A stretch of DNA of 45,497 bases from the NCBI GenBank assembly GCA_002633005.1, contig NMRA01001118.1, positions 1 through 45,497 of the forward strand. Direction: 5' to 3'. Origin of the DNA: Phoronis australis (lineage: Eukaryota; Animalia; Phoronida). Of the stretch, positions 22,730-34,866 are shown in pieces (positions within the stretch are counted from its first letter, which is position 1; the number at the start of each line of letters is the position of its first letter). The notes under the pieces were generated by a model. That model did no database searches and had not been told where the DNA came from. It was given only the letters and a program-made list of their open reading frames with translations. The translations under genes and the position numbers were made by a program.

Positions 22730-25700
22730 ATGCAGTTCCATTCGGAAACTACACAACATTACTTGGTAGGTTCTTAGCAATCAGTTTCTATCAACATCGT
22801 TCGATGATGTTATCCCCACCAGTTACCCCACTGAATAACAGGTTTATTGAGTGGAACTAAGTGTTTTGCCGGGTAGGCTAGCAACACATATTCATATTCT
22901 GGGTGGGAGTGCTCTCAAAATAAGAGGTGTTTGGTACGTGGTGCACAGAAGTCAAGGGTGACTTTTTCACAGCACTTTCTCTTCAAAACTACATGTATGC
23001 CTTTTCCAATAAAATTCTCTAGATGAGCGAGTTTCCATATTTTATCGCGGACCCCACCCCCAGGACTACCAGATCAGTTGTCGAATTAACATGAATAAGC
23101 CTTAATTCAGTAAATGTCGTAACATTGCACTGGGGAAACAATTAACACCTAGAATAAATTTTACTTGTTGAGATCAGAAGCACATTTTAAGTGTCATGAA
23201 AAATACATTGTTAAATCACTTTTAGCCTGTTTCACATATTTTAATTCAGATATTAAATAAGACTTGGGTACAAAGGTTATTAGTTTCTACGCATAAACAT
23301 GAAGATGAAACGTCAAGTATGTTCTGCCTTACAAAGGTAGTTTTGTCTTTTATTTTCTTTTACAATTTGCTAATATTTCTCCGACTAATCTGTTACAGGT
23401 GAGAGAAAACAAATGAAACCAACCGCCCGGCCATCTGTTTTACCTTTGGACAAAGTGAAAAGCAACCCTTCACCAATAACCTAAGAGAATTGAATGTAAT
23501 TCAGAAATTCAGCACCTGATTTGCCTGATTATGGACTCCATCGCAATGTTGTTTCATTCTGTACTTTTTCAGTTTGCCATTTTGTTTTTAAATACACTGA
23601 TAATTGTTTATTCTCGAAACTTGTGCATAGCAGATTCTTATCCAGCTTGCTACAACTGAAACCAGACAATAAGACAACCGATGCAGTCACTGAATATCAT
23701 TTACCCATAATGTGTACCAAATTGAAAAGTTTTTACCAATAGTATAAATTCTTTCTTCTGAAAGGAAAATTTAACGTCACTCAGCTTTTGGCTTTCATTT
23801 CACTTGGATCTAAATTCAATGGCCTATAGAGGCGCTTGTAAAAAAGGTCCAGTTTCGACACGTGGATTTCTTTCATGTAACCTCATTCAGCCTCAATAAC
23901 TCTCTTCAATTAGACCCTTGAAGGTAAACACAGCAGCATATCACTTGAATCGTTTTGATTCCAAAATCAGACCCTGAACTAGACCAGAGTATCACTAGGT
24001 CTTCTTTAGCTTCAGTCCCTCATGTTTCTTCCAGGAGGGAAATAAGCTATTGTCCACACATGAGTCATTGCCTATGGAAGGGGCATCCTCACCAACAAGG
24101 CTTACTTGTGTAGCAGTCAGATATAGTTCGTCTGAATACACAGACAGACCACTGAGACATGGTCTTATGGCAACTTAGTACTGCGATTCACATTTCTCCA
24201 GGATCACTGACTTGTACATTGTGCCACGCAGCACTGCTGGTGTGTGAAAGTGCTGTGGGAAGAGAACGGAGTAACAAAGCTTGTCTATGATACAGCTTGA
24301 AGTTGCCTTAAAATGTCACTGAACCTGGAACAAATATTGAAATATGAATTATTAAGTACTCCAGATTGGGTCAAAAATGTTATCCCTAGTTTTCAAAAAT
24401 ATATTGTGACTGTTCTACAGTTTCACATAAAATTAAATAATTACTATTTTCAGAAACCAAGGCTGTATATAATAAGTATTGCATAAAACTGCGTCTTTCG
24501 TTTTCTTCCTGGCCATAACAATTCTTTAAACGTATCACTTGTCAGCAAAATATACAAGTTTTTTGAGACAACTTCAAACTTTGTTACCCATTTTCAAGCC
24601 TTTTTAATTCTGATACTTTCAGCAAGTTTAAACTCCATTACAGGTTCATGGGCCCGTCAAGCATACATGTACTTCTAGTCTACGGTTGAGGGAACCGTTT
24701 CTCCGACTTTTAATTTTTCTTCTAATAGAAGATATGAAGACTTGGGTCATTTAAAAATGATGGATAATCTTTATGTTGTTTAAGAGTAATTACAAATCGT
24801 AAGGCACCATCAAAATGCAATTTTCACAAAAATGGCAGTCATTCGAATGTATAACGACTTGCAACATTTCAAGGCATGAGTTAAGACTATTCAGTGTCTG
24901 TGAATTCAGAAAATGTAATATATTTTCATGGGTTTAAAATTGATACAAGTAGCAAAACAGTTTCAGGAAATCAACTTGAAGGGACTTCATGAAGGTTAAG
25001 AATTACCTCACCATGATCTTTTCCCCAAACATGTACATGTATTACCTGTTATTTCCACACATTCAGTTTTACCAAATATCACAACCCCAAACCCCCATGC
25101 CAATCCCCTGCTAAGGACCTGAATAAGTAAATTAAAAAATTGACTTACATACCTTTCTTTAAAAACAGCTGTTCCTTTTCAAAGGCTTTGTTTGTTGTCT
25201 CCAATATTGAAAGTAGGCTTTGACAACAGATCTGCACTGGATGGGAAGATCTTGTTGGTTAGCTGCAGTCGAATGCTAAAAACCAATTTTTGTCCATTCA
25301 GGGACGACGCAGAAGCGATGCATATCTCCTCTGCTCGGTACAAGCCCTCAAACCTATAAATCAAAGGTAAAGTGAAAACAGACGTGATAGATTTCCATTT
25401 CAACGTGGAATAGATTTCCAGAAGACATACACTGTATGATAGGAAGTAAACAAATTGTCTAATGCAATGGATATTTGCCATGTAGGCCTATCTTTTGCCA
25501 TTGGGCTTGGTTTGTAATCTTAACTCATTAACCTGTATCGAGTTGTCAGCATAAACACTCAGCATTGATTGATGAAACTGCCACTGATAAACTGTCAGAA
25601 TTCATTCCAAACAATAATAATGCTTTGATGTACGAAAAGACCCCGACTGCTACGACAAGTACCGTATCACATACATGTACATGTATCACAACAAACAAAG

Positions 25701-25783
25701 ATTAACCCGACTGCCGCGAAGTCGCCATCGGCGAGTACCTCAGTTAACAGGCACGTCGTGCTTACTTTCTCTCATAGAAGTAT
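22730..25783 (-). repeat. ~3-kb repeated unit with exon/intron signals, copy 1
   Basis: Colinear with 26949-29793 (direct) and 40960-45115 (inverted); no long ORF. Confidence 0.85.
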
Positions 25784-26065
25784 CGTCCGGTTACCTATTT
25801 TCGTCAGGCTCCAAAGTTCGTCCGCCATCTTGTTTCGCGTGCAGCGCAACCACGCGGGACTTAGCGTTCCAATTTGGAGTTCTCGTCTGCACGTTAGGTA
25901 CTAACTTATCGGAAGAGACACGTATCAAAGTAATGAGACAAAAATCGGTGAGTTTACCGATTGTTTTTTAAAACCACTTAAAAATCAGTAGATTTTACTA
26001 ATACACTTTTTTGTGCGTTTTCAGAAGATGTTTTCGAATTTAAATTTTCTTCCGACGGGACACAA

Positions 26066-26948
26066 NNNNNNNNNNNNNNNNNNNNNNNNNNNNNNNNNNN
26101 NNNNNNNNNNNNNNNNNNNNNNNNNNNNNNNNNNNNNNNNNNNNNNNNNNNNNNNNNNNNNNNNNNNNNNNNNNNNNNNNNNNNNNNNNNNNNNNNNNNN
26201 NNNNNNNNNNNNNNNNNNNNNNNNNNNNNNNNNNNNNNNNNNNNNNNNNNNNNNNNNNNNNNNNNNNNNNNNNNNNNNNNNNNNNNNNNNNNNNNNNNNN
26301 NNNNNNNNNNNNNNNNNNNNNNNNNNNNNNNNNNNNNNNNNNNNNNNNNNNNNNNNNNNNNNNNNNNNNNNNNNNNNNNNNNNNNNNNNNNNNNNNNNNN
26401 NNNNNNNNNNNNNNNNNNNNNNNNNNNNNNNNNNNNNNNNNNNNNNNNNNNNNNNNNNNNNNNNNNNNNNNNNNNNNNNNNNNNNNNNNNNNNNNNNNNN
26501 NNNNNNNNNNNNNNNNNNNNNNNNNNNNNNNNNNNNNNNNNNNNNNNNNNNNNNNNNNNNNNNNNNNNNNNNNNNNNNNNNNNNNNNNNNNNNNNNNNNN
26601 NNNNNNNNNNNNNNNNNNNNNNNNNNNNNNNNNNNNNNNNNNNNNNNNNNNNNNNNNNNNNNNNNNNNNNNNNNNNNNNNNNNNNNNNNNNNNNNNNNNN
26701 NNNNNNNNNNNNNNNNNNNNNNNNNNNNNNNNNNNNNNNNNNNNNNNNNNNNNNNNNNNNNNNNNNNNNNNNNNNNNNNNNNNNNNNNNNNNNNNNNNNN
26801 NNNNNNNNNNNNNNNNNNNNNNNNNNNNNNNNNNNNNNNNNNNNNNNNNNNNNNNNNNNNNNNNNNNNNNNNNNNNNNNNNNNNNNNNNNNNNNNNNNNN
26901 NNNNNNNNNNNNNNNNNNNNNNNNNNNNNNNNNNNNNNNNNNNNNNNN
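26066..26948. other. Assembly gap (N run)
   Basis: Run of N. Confidence 1.
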
Positions 26949-29940
26949 GTTTTTAGCAATCAGTTTCTATCAACATCGTTCGATGATGTTATCCCCACCA
27001 GTTACCCCCACTGAATAACAGGTTTATTGAGTGGAACTAAGTGTTTCTTTTAGGAATCTCACCCGATGCCGGGTAGGCTAGCAGCACATATTCATATTCT
27101 TGGTGGGAGTGCTCCCAAAATAAGAGGTGTATGGTACGTGTTGCACAGAAGTCATGGGTGACTTTTTCACAGCACTTTCTCTTCAAAACCACATGTATGC
27201 TGTTTCCAATAAAATTCCTAAATGAGTGAGTTTCCATATTTTATCGCGGACCCTACCCCCAGGACTACCAGATCAGTTGTCGAATTAACATGAATAAGCC
27301 TTAATTCAAATGTCGTAACATTGCATTGGAAAAAATTGACACCTAGAATGAATTTTACTTTTTGAGATCAGAAGCACATTCTAAGTGCCATGAAAAATAC
27401 ACATTGTTAAGTCACTTTTAGCCTGTATCACATATTTTAATTCAGATAGTAAATAAGACTTGGGTACAACGGTTATTAGTTTCTACGCGTAAACATGAAG
27501 ATAAAACGTCAAGTATGTTCTGCCTTACAAAGGTAGTTTTGTCTTGTCTTTTCTTTGCTAATATTTCTCCGACTATTCTGTTACAGGTGAGAGAAAACAA
27601 CTGAAACCAACCGCCCGACCATCTGTTTTACCTTTGGACAAAGGAAAGCAATCCTTCACCAATAACCTGAGAGAATTGAATGCAATTCAGAAATTCAGCA
27701 CCTGATTTGCCTGATTATGGACTCCACCGCAATGTTGTTTCTTTCTGTGCTTTTTCAGTTTGCCATTTGTTTTTAAATACACTGATAATTGTTTATTCTC
27801 GAATCTTGTGCATAGCAGATTCTTATCCTGCTAGCTACAACTGAAAACAGACAATAAGACAATCGATGCAGTCACTGAATGTCATTTCCCCATAATGTGA
27901 ACCAAATTGAAAAGTTTTTACCAACAGTATAAAGCCTTTCTTCTGAAAGGAAAATTTAACGTCACTCAGCTTTTGGCTTTCATTTCACTGGGATCTAGTT
28001 TCAATGGCCTATAGAGGCGCTTGTAAAAAGTTTCAGTATCGAAACGTGAATTTCTTTCATGTAACCTCATTCAGCCTCAATAACTCTCTTCAATTAGACC
28101 CTTGAAGGTAAACACAGCAGCACACACTGTATCACTTGAATCGTTTTGAGCCCAAAATCAGAAACTGAACTAGACCAGAGTGTCACTAGGTCTTCTTTAG
28201 CTTCCGTCCCTCATGTTTCTTCCAGGAGGGAAATAAGCTATTGTCCACACATGAGTCATTGCCCAAGAAAGGGCATCCTCACCAACAAGGTTTACTTGTG
28301 TAGGAATCAGATATAGTTCGCCTGAATACACAGACAGACCACTGAGACATGGTCTTATGGTAACTTAGTACTGCGATTCACATTTCTCCAGGACTACTGA
28401 CTTGTACATTGTGCCATGCAGCACTGCTGGTGTGTGAAAATGCTGTGGGGAGAGAACGGAGGAACAAAGCTTGTTTATGATACAGCTTGAAGTTGCCTTA
28501 AAATGTCACTGAAACAGGAAAAAATATTGAAATATGAATTATTAAGTACTCCAGATTGGGTCAAAAATGTTATCCCTGTTTTTCAAAAATTTGTGACTGT
28601 TCTACAGTTTCACATAAAATCAAAGAATTACTATTTTCAGAAACCAAGGCTGAATATAATAAGTATTGCATAAAAATGTGTCTTTCGTTTTCTTCCTAGC
28701 CATAACAATTCGTTAAACGCATCACTTGTCTGCAAAATATACAAGTTTTTTGAGACAACTTCAAACATTGTTACCCATTTTCAAACCTTTTTAATTCTGA
28801 TACTTTCAGCAAGTTTAAACCCCATTACAGATTCATGGGTTCGTCAAGCATACTTCTAGTCTGGGGTTGAGGGAACCGTTTCTCAGACTTTTAATTTTTC
28901 TTCTAATAGAAGATATGAAGACTTGGGTCATTTAAAAATGATGGCTAATCTTTCTGTTGTTTAAGAGTAATTACAAATCGTAAGGCACCATCAAAATGCA
29001 ATTTTCACAAAAATGGCAGGCATTTGAATTTATAACGACTTGCAACATTTCAAGGCTTGAGTTAAGACTATTCAATCTCTGAATTCAGAAAATGTAATAT
29101 ATTTCCAAGGGTTTACAATTGATACAAGTAGCAAAACAGTTTCATGAAATCAACTTGAAGGGACTTCATGAAGGTTAAGAATTACCTCGCCATGATCTTT
29201 CCCCAAACATGTAATACCTGGTATTTCCACACATTCAGTTGTACCAAACATTACAACCCCAAACCCCCATGCCAATCCTCTGCTAAGGACCTGAATATGT
29301 AAATTAACAAATTGACTTACATATCTTTCTTTAAAAACAGTTTTTCCGTTTCAAAGGCGTTGTTCGTTGTCTCCAATATTGAAAGATTTGCAGAAGACAT
29401 ATGATAGGAAGTAAACAAATAGTCTAATGCAATGGATATTTGCCACGTAGGCCTATCTTTTGCCATTGAGCTTGGTTTGTAATCTTAACTCATTAACCTG
29501 TATCGAGTTCTCAGCATAAACACTCAGCATTGATTGGTGTAACAGCCACTGATAAACTGTTAGAAATCATTCCAAACAATAATAATGTTTGATGTACGAA
29601 AAGATCCCGACTGCTACGTCAAGTACCGTATCACACATCACAACAAACAAAGATTAACCCGACTGCTGCGAAGTCGACATCGGCGAGTACCTCCGTTAAC
29701 AGGCACCGGTAGAATAATCATGGAATAATAGTTAAAATAATCACAAACCTTACCTTTATATAAGGTTGTGCTTACTTTCTCTCATAGAAAGTACCCTTTT
29801 CACGCAAACAGATTCAGTTGGCACGGCTGTAAGCCATTTCATCATGTATTCAAAGGGCTCGCGAAATCGAGGCTATTATCTATCACCACTAGTACTGGCG
29901 CGCCCTCTAGTTATTGTAGATTTTCCAAATACCCCCAATG
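26949..29940 (-). repeat. ~3-kb repeated unit, copy 2
   Basis: Highly similar direct copy of 22770-25783 with indels, including a ~200-bp deletion near 29385. Confidence 0.85.
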
Positions 29941-30471
29941 CCTGCCCATGCCTTTATTAGTCAATTACTGTACGAATTGGGGATGTAAAACCGAATGTGT
30001 GTCTTATGTGTGCTTCTTAAGTCACCTTCATGAGACGAACTCCTAGTGTCTGGTACAATGACTTCAAATCAAGACTTAAATTTGATCCTACACGACCACT
30101 TCACTGTTGCTGAAAAGGGGTTAACGCAACTGTGTCAGAAATTCTCGATAAAAAAACTTCAGTGACCAGAAAATGTCACTATATTCTCAGAGTCTTTGCA
30201 CTTTTGCTCAAGCCATATTTTACCATTTTTCAGAAAAAGTAGTGCGAAACTTGACATCAAAGTTCTCTCATACCGTAAATGTAAGTCTTCAGTCACTTTA
30301 ATGAAAGAGATACCTGGACAACATCGTTGTACAGACCGGTGACCTTAAGTCTTGAATAAGCATAATAAGCAGCTGATTGTCAAGATACCCAATGTGCGTT
30401 AGCAACTGCTCATGTGATGTCATGGACATATATCAGCTTTCACAAATATACGTGTTTTGGCACTCTTAATC

Positions 30472-31282
30472 CAGTGGCGGATCTAGGATATCACAAGGGG
30501 GGGGCCAACATTTTGTCCGGCTGGAAGCATTTGCGCAAACTGAACCACGATTGTAGATGCGCATAGCACCGAATGGTGGGAGGACGGGAGGGGGGTTTCT
30601 GTTTTTACCTCTAAAAATCAAGCATTTTCCTTGATTCCTGAAGTATTATCCAAGAAAAAAAGGCCAAAAAAAAACACGGAGAACGTGTCAAACAGGAAAA
30701 AAATGCAAGTGTCAAAGACTCGAACTCACGACCTAGAGGGTTGAGCGCGCGTACGTTACCACTACACCACCACGATTTAACTACAACTCTCATACTAAAA
30801 GACTTACTTGTTTATGGGCCACAGCGTTTGCGCGCGTAACCTACTTCTTTTTGTAATGCTTATTACACGTTTTATATTTTGTGCCATCAATTCTTAACAA
30901 ATTTGTCGTATTTGAAATAGTCTTCAAATGCCCAAAAGACCAAATCCATTTTTCGTGTTGGCAATAATGACGGGATTGCTTTGGAAACCGTCTTAAGATA
31001 AGGTTTGACAAAGAGAGTATTGCGAGTTTCTGAGTGATTCACTAAGGCTTCGATTAAAATTCACATCTTACCAGCAGCTTCTGTTTTTTCATCGCCACTC
31101 AGGTTCCATTTTCTTTAAAAAATGAAGTAAATTTTCTTCATTGTACAGTGGAGCAGACGACGGAAACGGAGTCGTAGTGCACAGCGCCGCTGCCGGTCGC
31201 CTAGGATATCGCGGGAGATTCTATATTTAGCCATAGTTCCGTTACGAACGCGCCGTGTTCCGGATTTGACACTTGAAATTGG
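30472..31282 (-). mobile_element. hAT-like non-autonomous element (MITE), copy 2
   Basis: Terminus CAGTGGCGGATCTAGG at 30472; colinear inverted homology with 1660-2460. Confidence 0.72.
30698..30776 (-). ncRNA. tRNA-like / SINE-head Pol III cassette, second copy
   Basis: A box TGGTGTAGTGG (30769-30759), B box GTTCGAGTC (30725-30717), followed by an oligo-T run. Confidence 0.55.
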
Positions 31283-31455
31283 GTTTGAAATACTTATTTA
31301 TTGACGGGTTACATGTCTACGATACGAGCGCTGAATCATGGCGGATCAAATCGCTGCTGCAATGTCAGCGATTGTGCAAGAGCGAGCTGCCTAGCAACAG
31401 TCGTGTATGGCAGGTCAACACTGATTGGTATAAATTTGGAACGTTCTTAAGGTAT

Positions 31456-31670
31456 TTTACGAGCGTAATTTACGGCGACATTTCTCCCATTTAATTTACG
31501 GGCGTAATTTTACTGCAACACTTTTGCAATTTAATTTACGCTCGTAATCACGAACGTAATTTCACGGCGAAACTTTTCTTCATTTAATTTACGAGCGTAA
31601 TTGTACGGTGACACTCCTGCAATTTAATTTACGCTCGTAATTACGAGCGTAATTTTACGGCGACACTTTC
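31456..31670. repeat. Minisatellite with ~40-50-bp units forming a ~91-bp higher-order repeat
   Basis: Five copies of TTACGAGCGTAATT(T)TACGGCGACACT-like units with palindromic TTACGCTCGTAATTACGAGCGTAA. Confidence 0.8.
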
Positions 31671-31834
31671 CCCTCAACGGCCCACCATACAACGCCGGAT
31701 GTCGCGGGACCGCGCAGAAGAGGAAGTAAGATCGTTCACGACTTTAGGGCACACACGACTTTAGGACCTCTGACGGTATTTCAAGATAGATGTACGTGTG
31801 GTGTTGAATAACAGAATTATTACATGAATGAGTT

Positions 31835-31978
31835 GGATATGTACACAAAACGTATCGAGAGTGGCCTACATGAAGTAATATCCCCACGACACCTTATTCT
31901 GGGTATGGATAAGTGGAATAAGGTCTCGTGGGATATTACTTCATGTACGCCATTCGAGGTACATTTTGTATTTATCCC
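31835..31978. repeat. ~62-bp-arm inverted repeat (hairpin)
   Basis: TACATGAAGTAATATCCCCACGACACCTTATTC ... GAATAAGGTCTCGTGGGATATTACTTCATGTA, 16-nt loop. Confidence 0.8.
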
Positions 31979-32069
31979 ATGCGCTTCGAATTCCTAGGTT
32001 TCTTATACTTTTTCGGAATATTTTTTTAAATACTTCACCCAAACTGTTCACATGGCGGATCACGTCCTA

Positions 32070-33434
32070 CAGTACAGCCACTGAATCATTAGACTCTCTC
32101 CGGTGTCTCTCCGGAGACAGACCGGAGAGTGACGCGTGAATCCACTGTGACAGCTGGCGTGAGCCTAAGCGTGACTGTACCCGGATCTTACTGAGTTAGG
32201 CGTGAGTTTACCTGCTTCGCAGATGATAGAGTAATTTATTAAAATTACATCAGTAACTAGCAGTGATGTGTGTATTCTCATAGACTTTTGCTCATGTGAG
32301 GTTTATTTTTTTTTAAATCGTCACGTGCAGTAAAAGACCAAAATTTCGTCTCAAATCTTAAGTCACTTCAGAAAACAGACCTGTGGACTTATATATACTT
32401 ATTTGTTTTTTATATAAACTAATAAAAAAATCTTAACTCCCGTGTACACGGCGGAATTATTCAATTGCCTTCACGATATGAAGGAGCATAGCATGTCAAT
32501 TCTGAGCACATTGATCCCAAGCTCCGGCATCATGCGGAGAAAACTGATCACGCCCATGCATTTGCTGAGTCAAACAGATGACCGCTATTATTATTTTAGT
32601 GAAGAAGTACCCCGGGGATACTGTGTACTCAGTCGAAACGCATGTACACTGTACTACGGGGAGGGAGCTACAAATAATTGAACTGCACTACGGATTCAGG
32701 ACTTTTAAGTCAAAACATTTGCTTGCAGTAAGGGATGGGTATGCCAGAAGGGCGGCTTATTGAAATTTTCTGTACGCCAGTGCGGTGCAAAAATGTACGG
32801 AGTGTCACAATACTTAACAAGATGCGTAAGCTATTTTAGGACGAATTAAATATATCCACCTGCGACAAGTCTCAAGGAGTCCATAGCCATGTAAAGATGA
32901 CTCTGGGCACAGGGTGGCGTTTATTCGCATTTACTAATCGTGGTTACTCTACATGTTTGTCGTTGATGGGACTGTCTCTTAAGTCGTAAATTTAACATGT
33001 ACATGCACGTGTAACACAAGACGAGCTGAAGGAAGACGTTTGTATGAACAACACGTGGAATTGCAGAGTTAGTCGTAACCCAAGTGTGATAGATACTCTA
33101 TAATATACTATAATGTCTTTGCAACTTGACCAAAACGACAGGCAATCAAGACTTTATATGTATTTTTACTGATTAGCCCGGTGCCTTACCATGGTTAGCA
33201 CATCTACCGAAGGAGTGAAGAAAGCGTGAGGTAAGCGTGACGGAGGCGCGAAGAAAGCGTGAACGAGGCGTGAGGAAGGCGTTAACTAAACCGGAGGTGA
33301 ACGTGAGGACTGCCCGGAGAATAGGCGTGAGGCGAACGTGACTGATTTCTGTCACGCCTGTGTTCTGGTTGCGCTCCGGTCTGGCCAGGCGTGAGGTAGC
33401 CCGGACGAAGTCTAAGAATTCAGTGGCTGTACTG
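32070..33434. mobile_element. Tc1/mariner-type non-autonomous DNA transposon
   Basis: TA TSD (32068-69, 33435-36), TIR CAGTACAGCCACTGAAT.. / ..ATTCAGTGGCTGTACTG, subterminal GCGTGA repeats, no transposase ORF. Confidence 0.8.
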
Positions 33435-34129
33435 TACACTGTATATGTATGTACTTGCGCGTTAGGTTGCAAGTGTTCTCTTGTAAAAGAAGCAATTTTA
33501 AAAGTAACGACTTATTTCTCGAAAAGAGGTAACAAAGATGAAAACAACGGCAACTGTGCGGTGAACTTGTAACATCTACTGGATATGTTTAAAAAACAAT
33601 ATTTGATACTGTAGTTTCCTAGAAATCGACTCCGCCTGAGTTGCAAACGATCAGTTGAAAAGTGAGACATAAGTGTCGTGTAATTAAAAGTTTTGTTCCA
33701 GATTTTACGTTTAGGGCCTGGTTGCATGTCGAGTGTTAGTTACACTGCTTCAACTGTATTACTTTAAACTATATTCGGAAAGTTTGACGATCGAATCGGC
33801 TGAAGACGTCAAGTCAACATTGGCCTATCTTTTGAACTTTCCATGTCAGAGGTCACTATTGAAGTACATGTAGTGCGGGAGGTGAATACGGAAAACTTTA
33901 TTACATGTCCGTATTTCCCTCGACAGATTCAACGCGTTTGGGATAATAATGCATATTGACCTCGTGGACATAAATACACGTACAGTAGCTTTTCATTGTG
34001 GTTTCGTGAAGGATTTATTTCCATAAATACAGAACGTTGTTCTTGTTACAAAAAAGGAGACTGTTGTCTAATTTGGTAAGGAAAATGCGAGATCCACATT
34101 GTGTGCATCGTCACCTTTGTCAAACCTCG

Positions 34130-34650
34130 TTTATTTTTTTTCAAAAACAGGGTGGAAAGCTGCAATAAGGCTAGGCCAAAGAGACCTGCAGCTTTGATTG
34201 TCGAGACTGCTGCAAAGTAATTTATATACTAAATCATCTTCCCTTAGACAAGCCTTCAAAAGAAATATGATATTACAGTTAACTCGCATTGACAACTGCA
34301 ATTCCTTACCATCTAACATAAAGGAAAGAACTTCAATCGCCACTCTCAAAATCAACACTACTCTTGTCCCATTGACATCATCCCAATTTCCTCCCAACCA
34401 TGAAGTAATCCTATACAGATCAAGATGTGGACTAATTCTAAATATCGACAAGTTTAGACATAATTTGAACTATGTTTCACCTCAGACAAATGCTCATATT
34501 TTCTTTGCTTGTGCGGTATGCGGGGAGCAGAGGAAACCGCTTTTTCCAGACAATCGAACAGTACTCCAATGCTTGCAAGAAATATTCAGATCTTACCCAA
34601 ATGTATAACGAAACTGATTTTTTAATTTATGTAAAGAACTCGACATAAAT
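34130..34650 (+). mobile_element. Degenerate 3' fragment of a non-LTR retrotransposon (CR1/L2-like) ORF2
   Basis: NSLPSNIKERTSIATLK...LYRSRCGLILN..FRHNL..SP..HIFFAC...EQRK resembles the WNSLP...FK / LN..LF / HFFxC C-terminus of CR1-group ORF2. Confidence 0.6.
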
Positions 34651-34825
34651 GAAAATAAGGTTTTATTCGAAATAGTTTCAAACTTTCTTTTTGATATTCA
34701 ATTTATTTGTGTAAGTCCATAACATCGTAACATGTAAAATAACTTATTGAGCATGAAAATAATTTATGTATATTCGCAATCATATGTCAATGTAAAATTA
34801 ACGTCAGTTTATCAATTTATGTATT

Positions 34826-34829
<4 letters not shown>

Positions 34830-34864
<35 letters not shown>
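34830..34864. repeat. (TA)n microsatellite
   Basis: ~17 TA units. Confidence 0.95.

Positions 34865-34866
<2 letters not shown>

Noticed and set aside
26013-27014. Long ORFs of 312-333 aa
   Set aside because: Artefacts of translating the N gap
31456-31670. CRISPR-like repeat array
   Set aside because: The spacers are themselves repeated and short, there are no cas genes, and the context is eukaryotic
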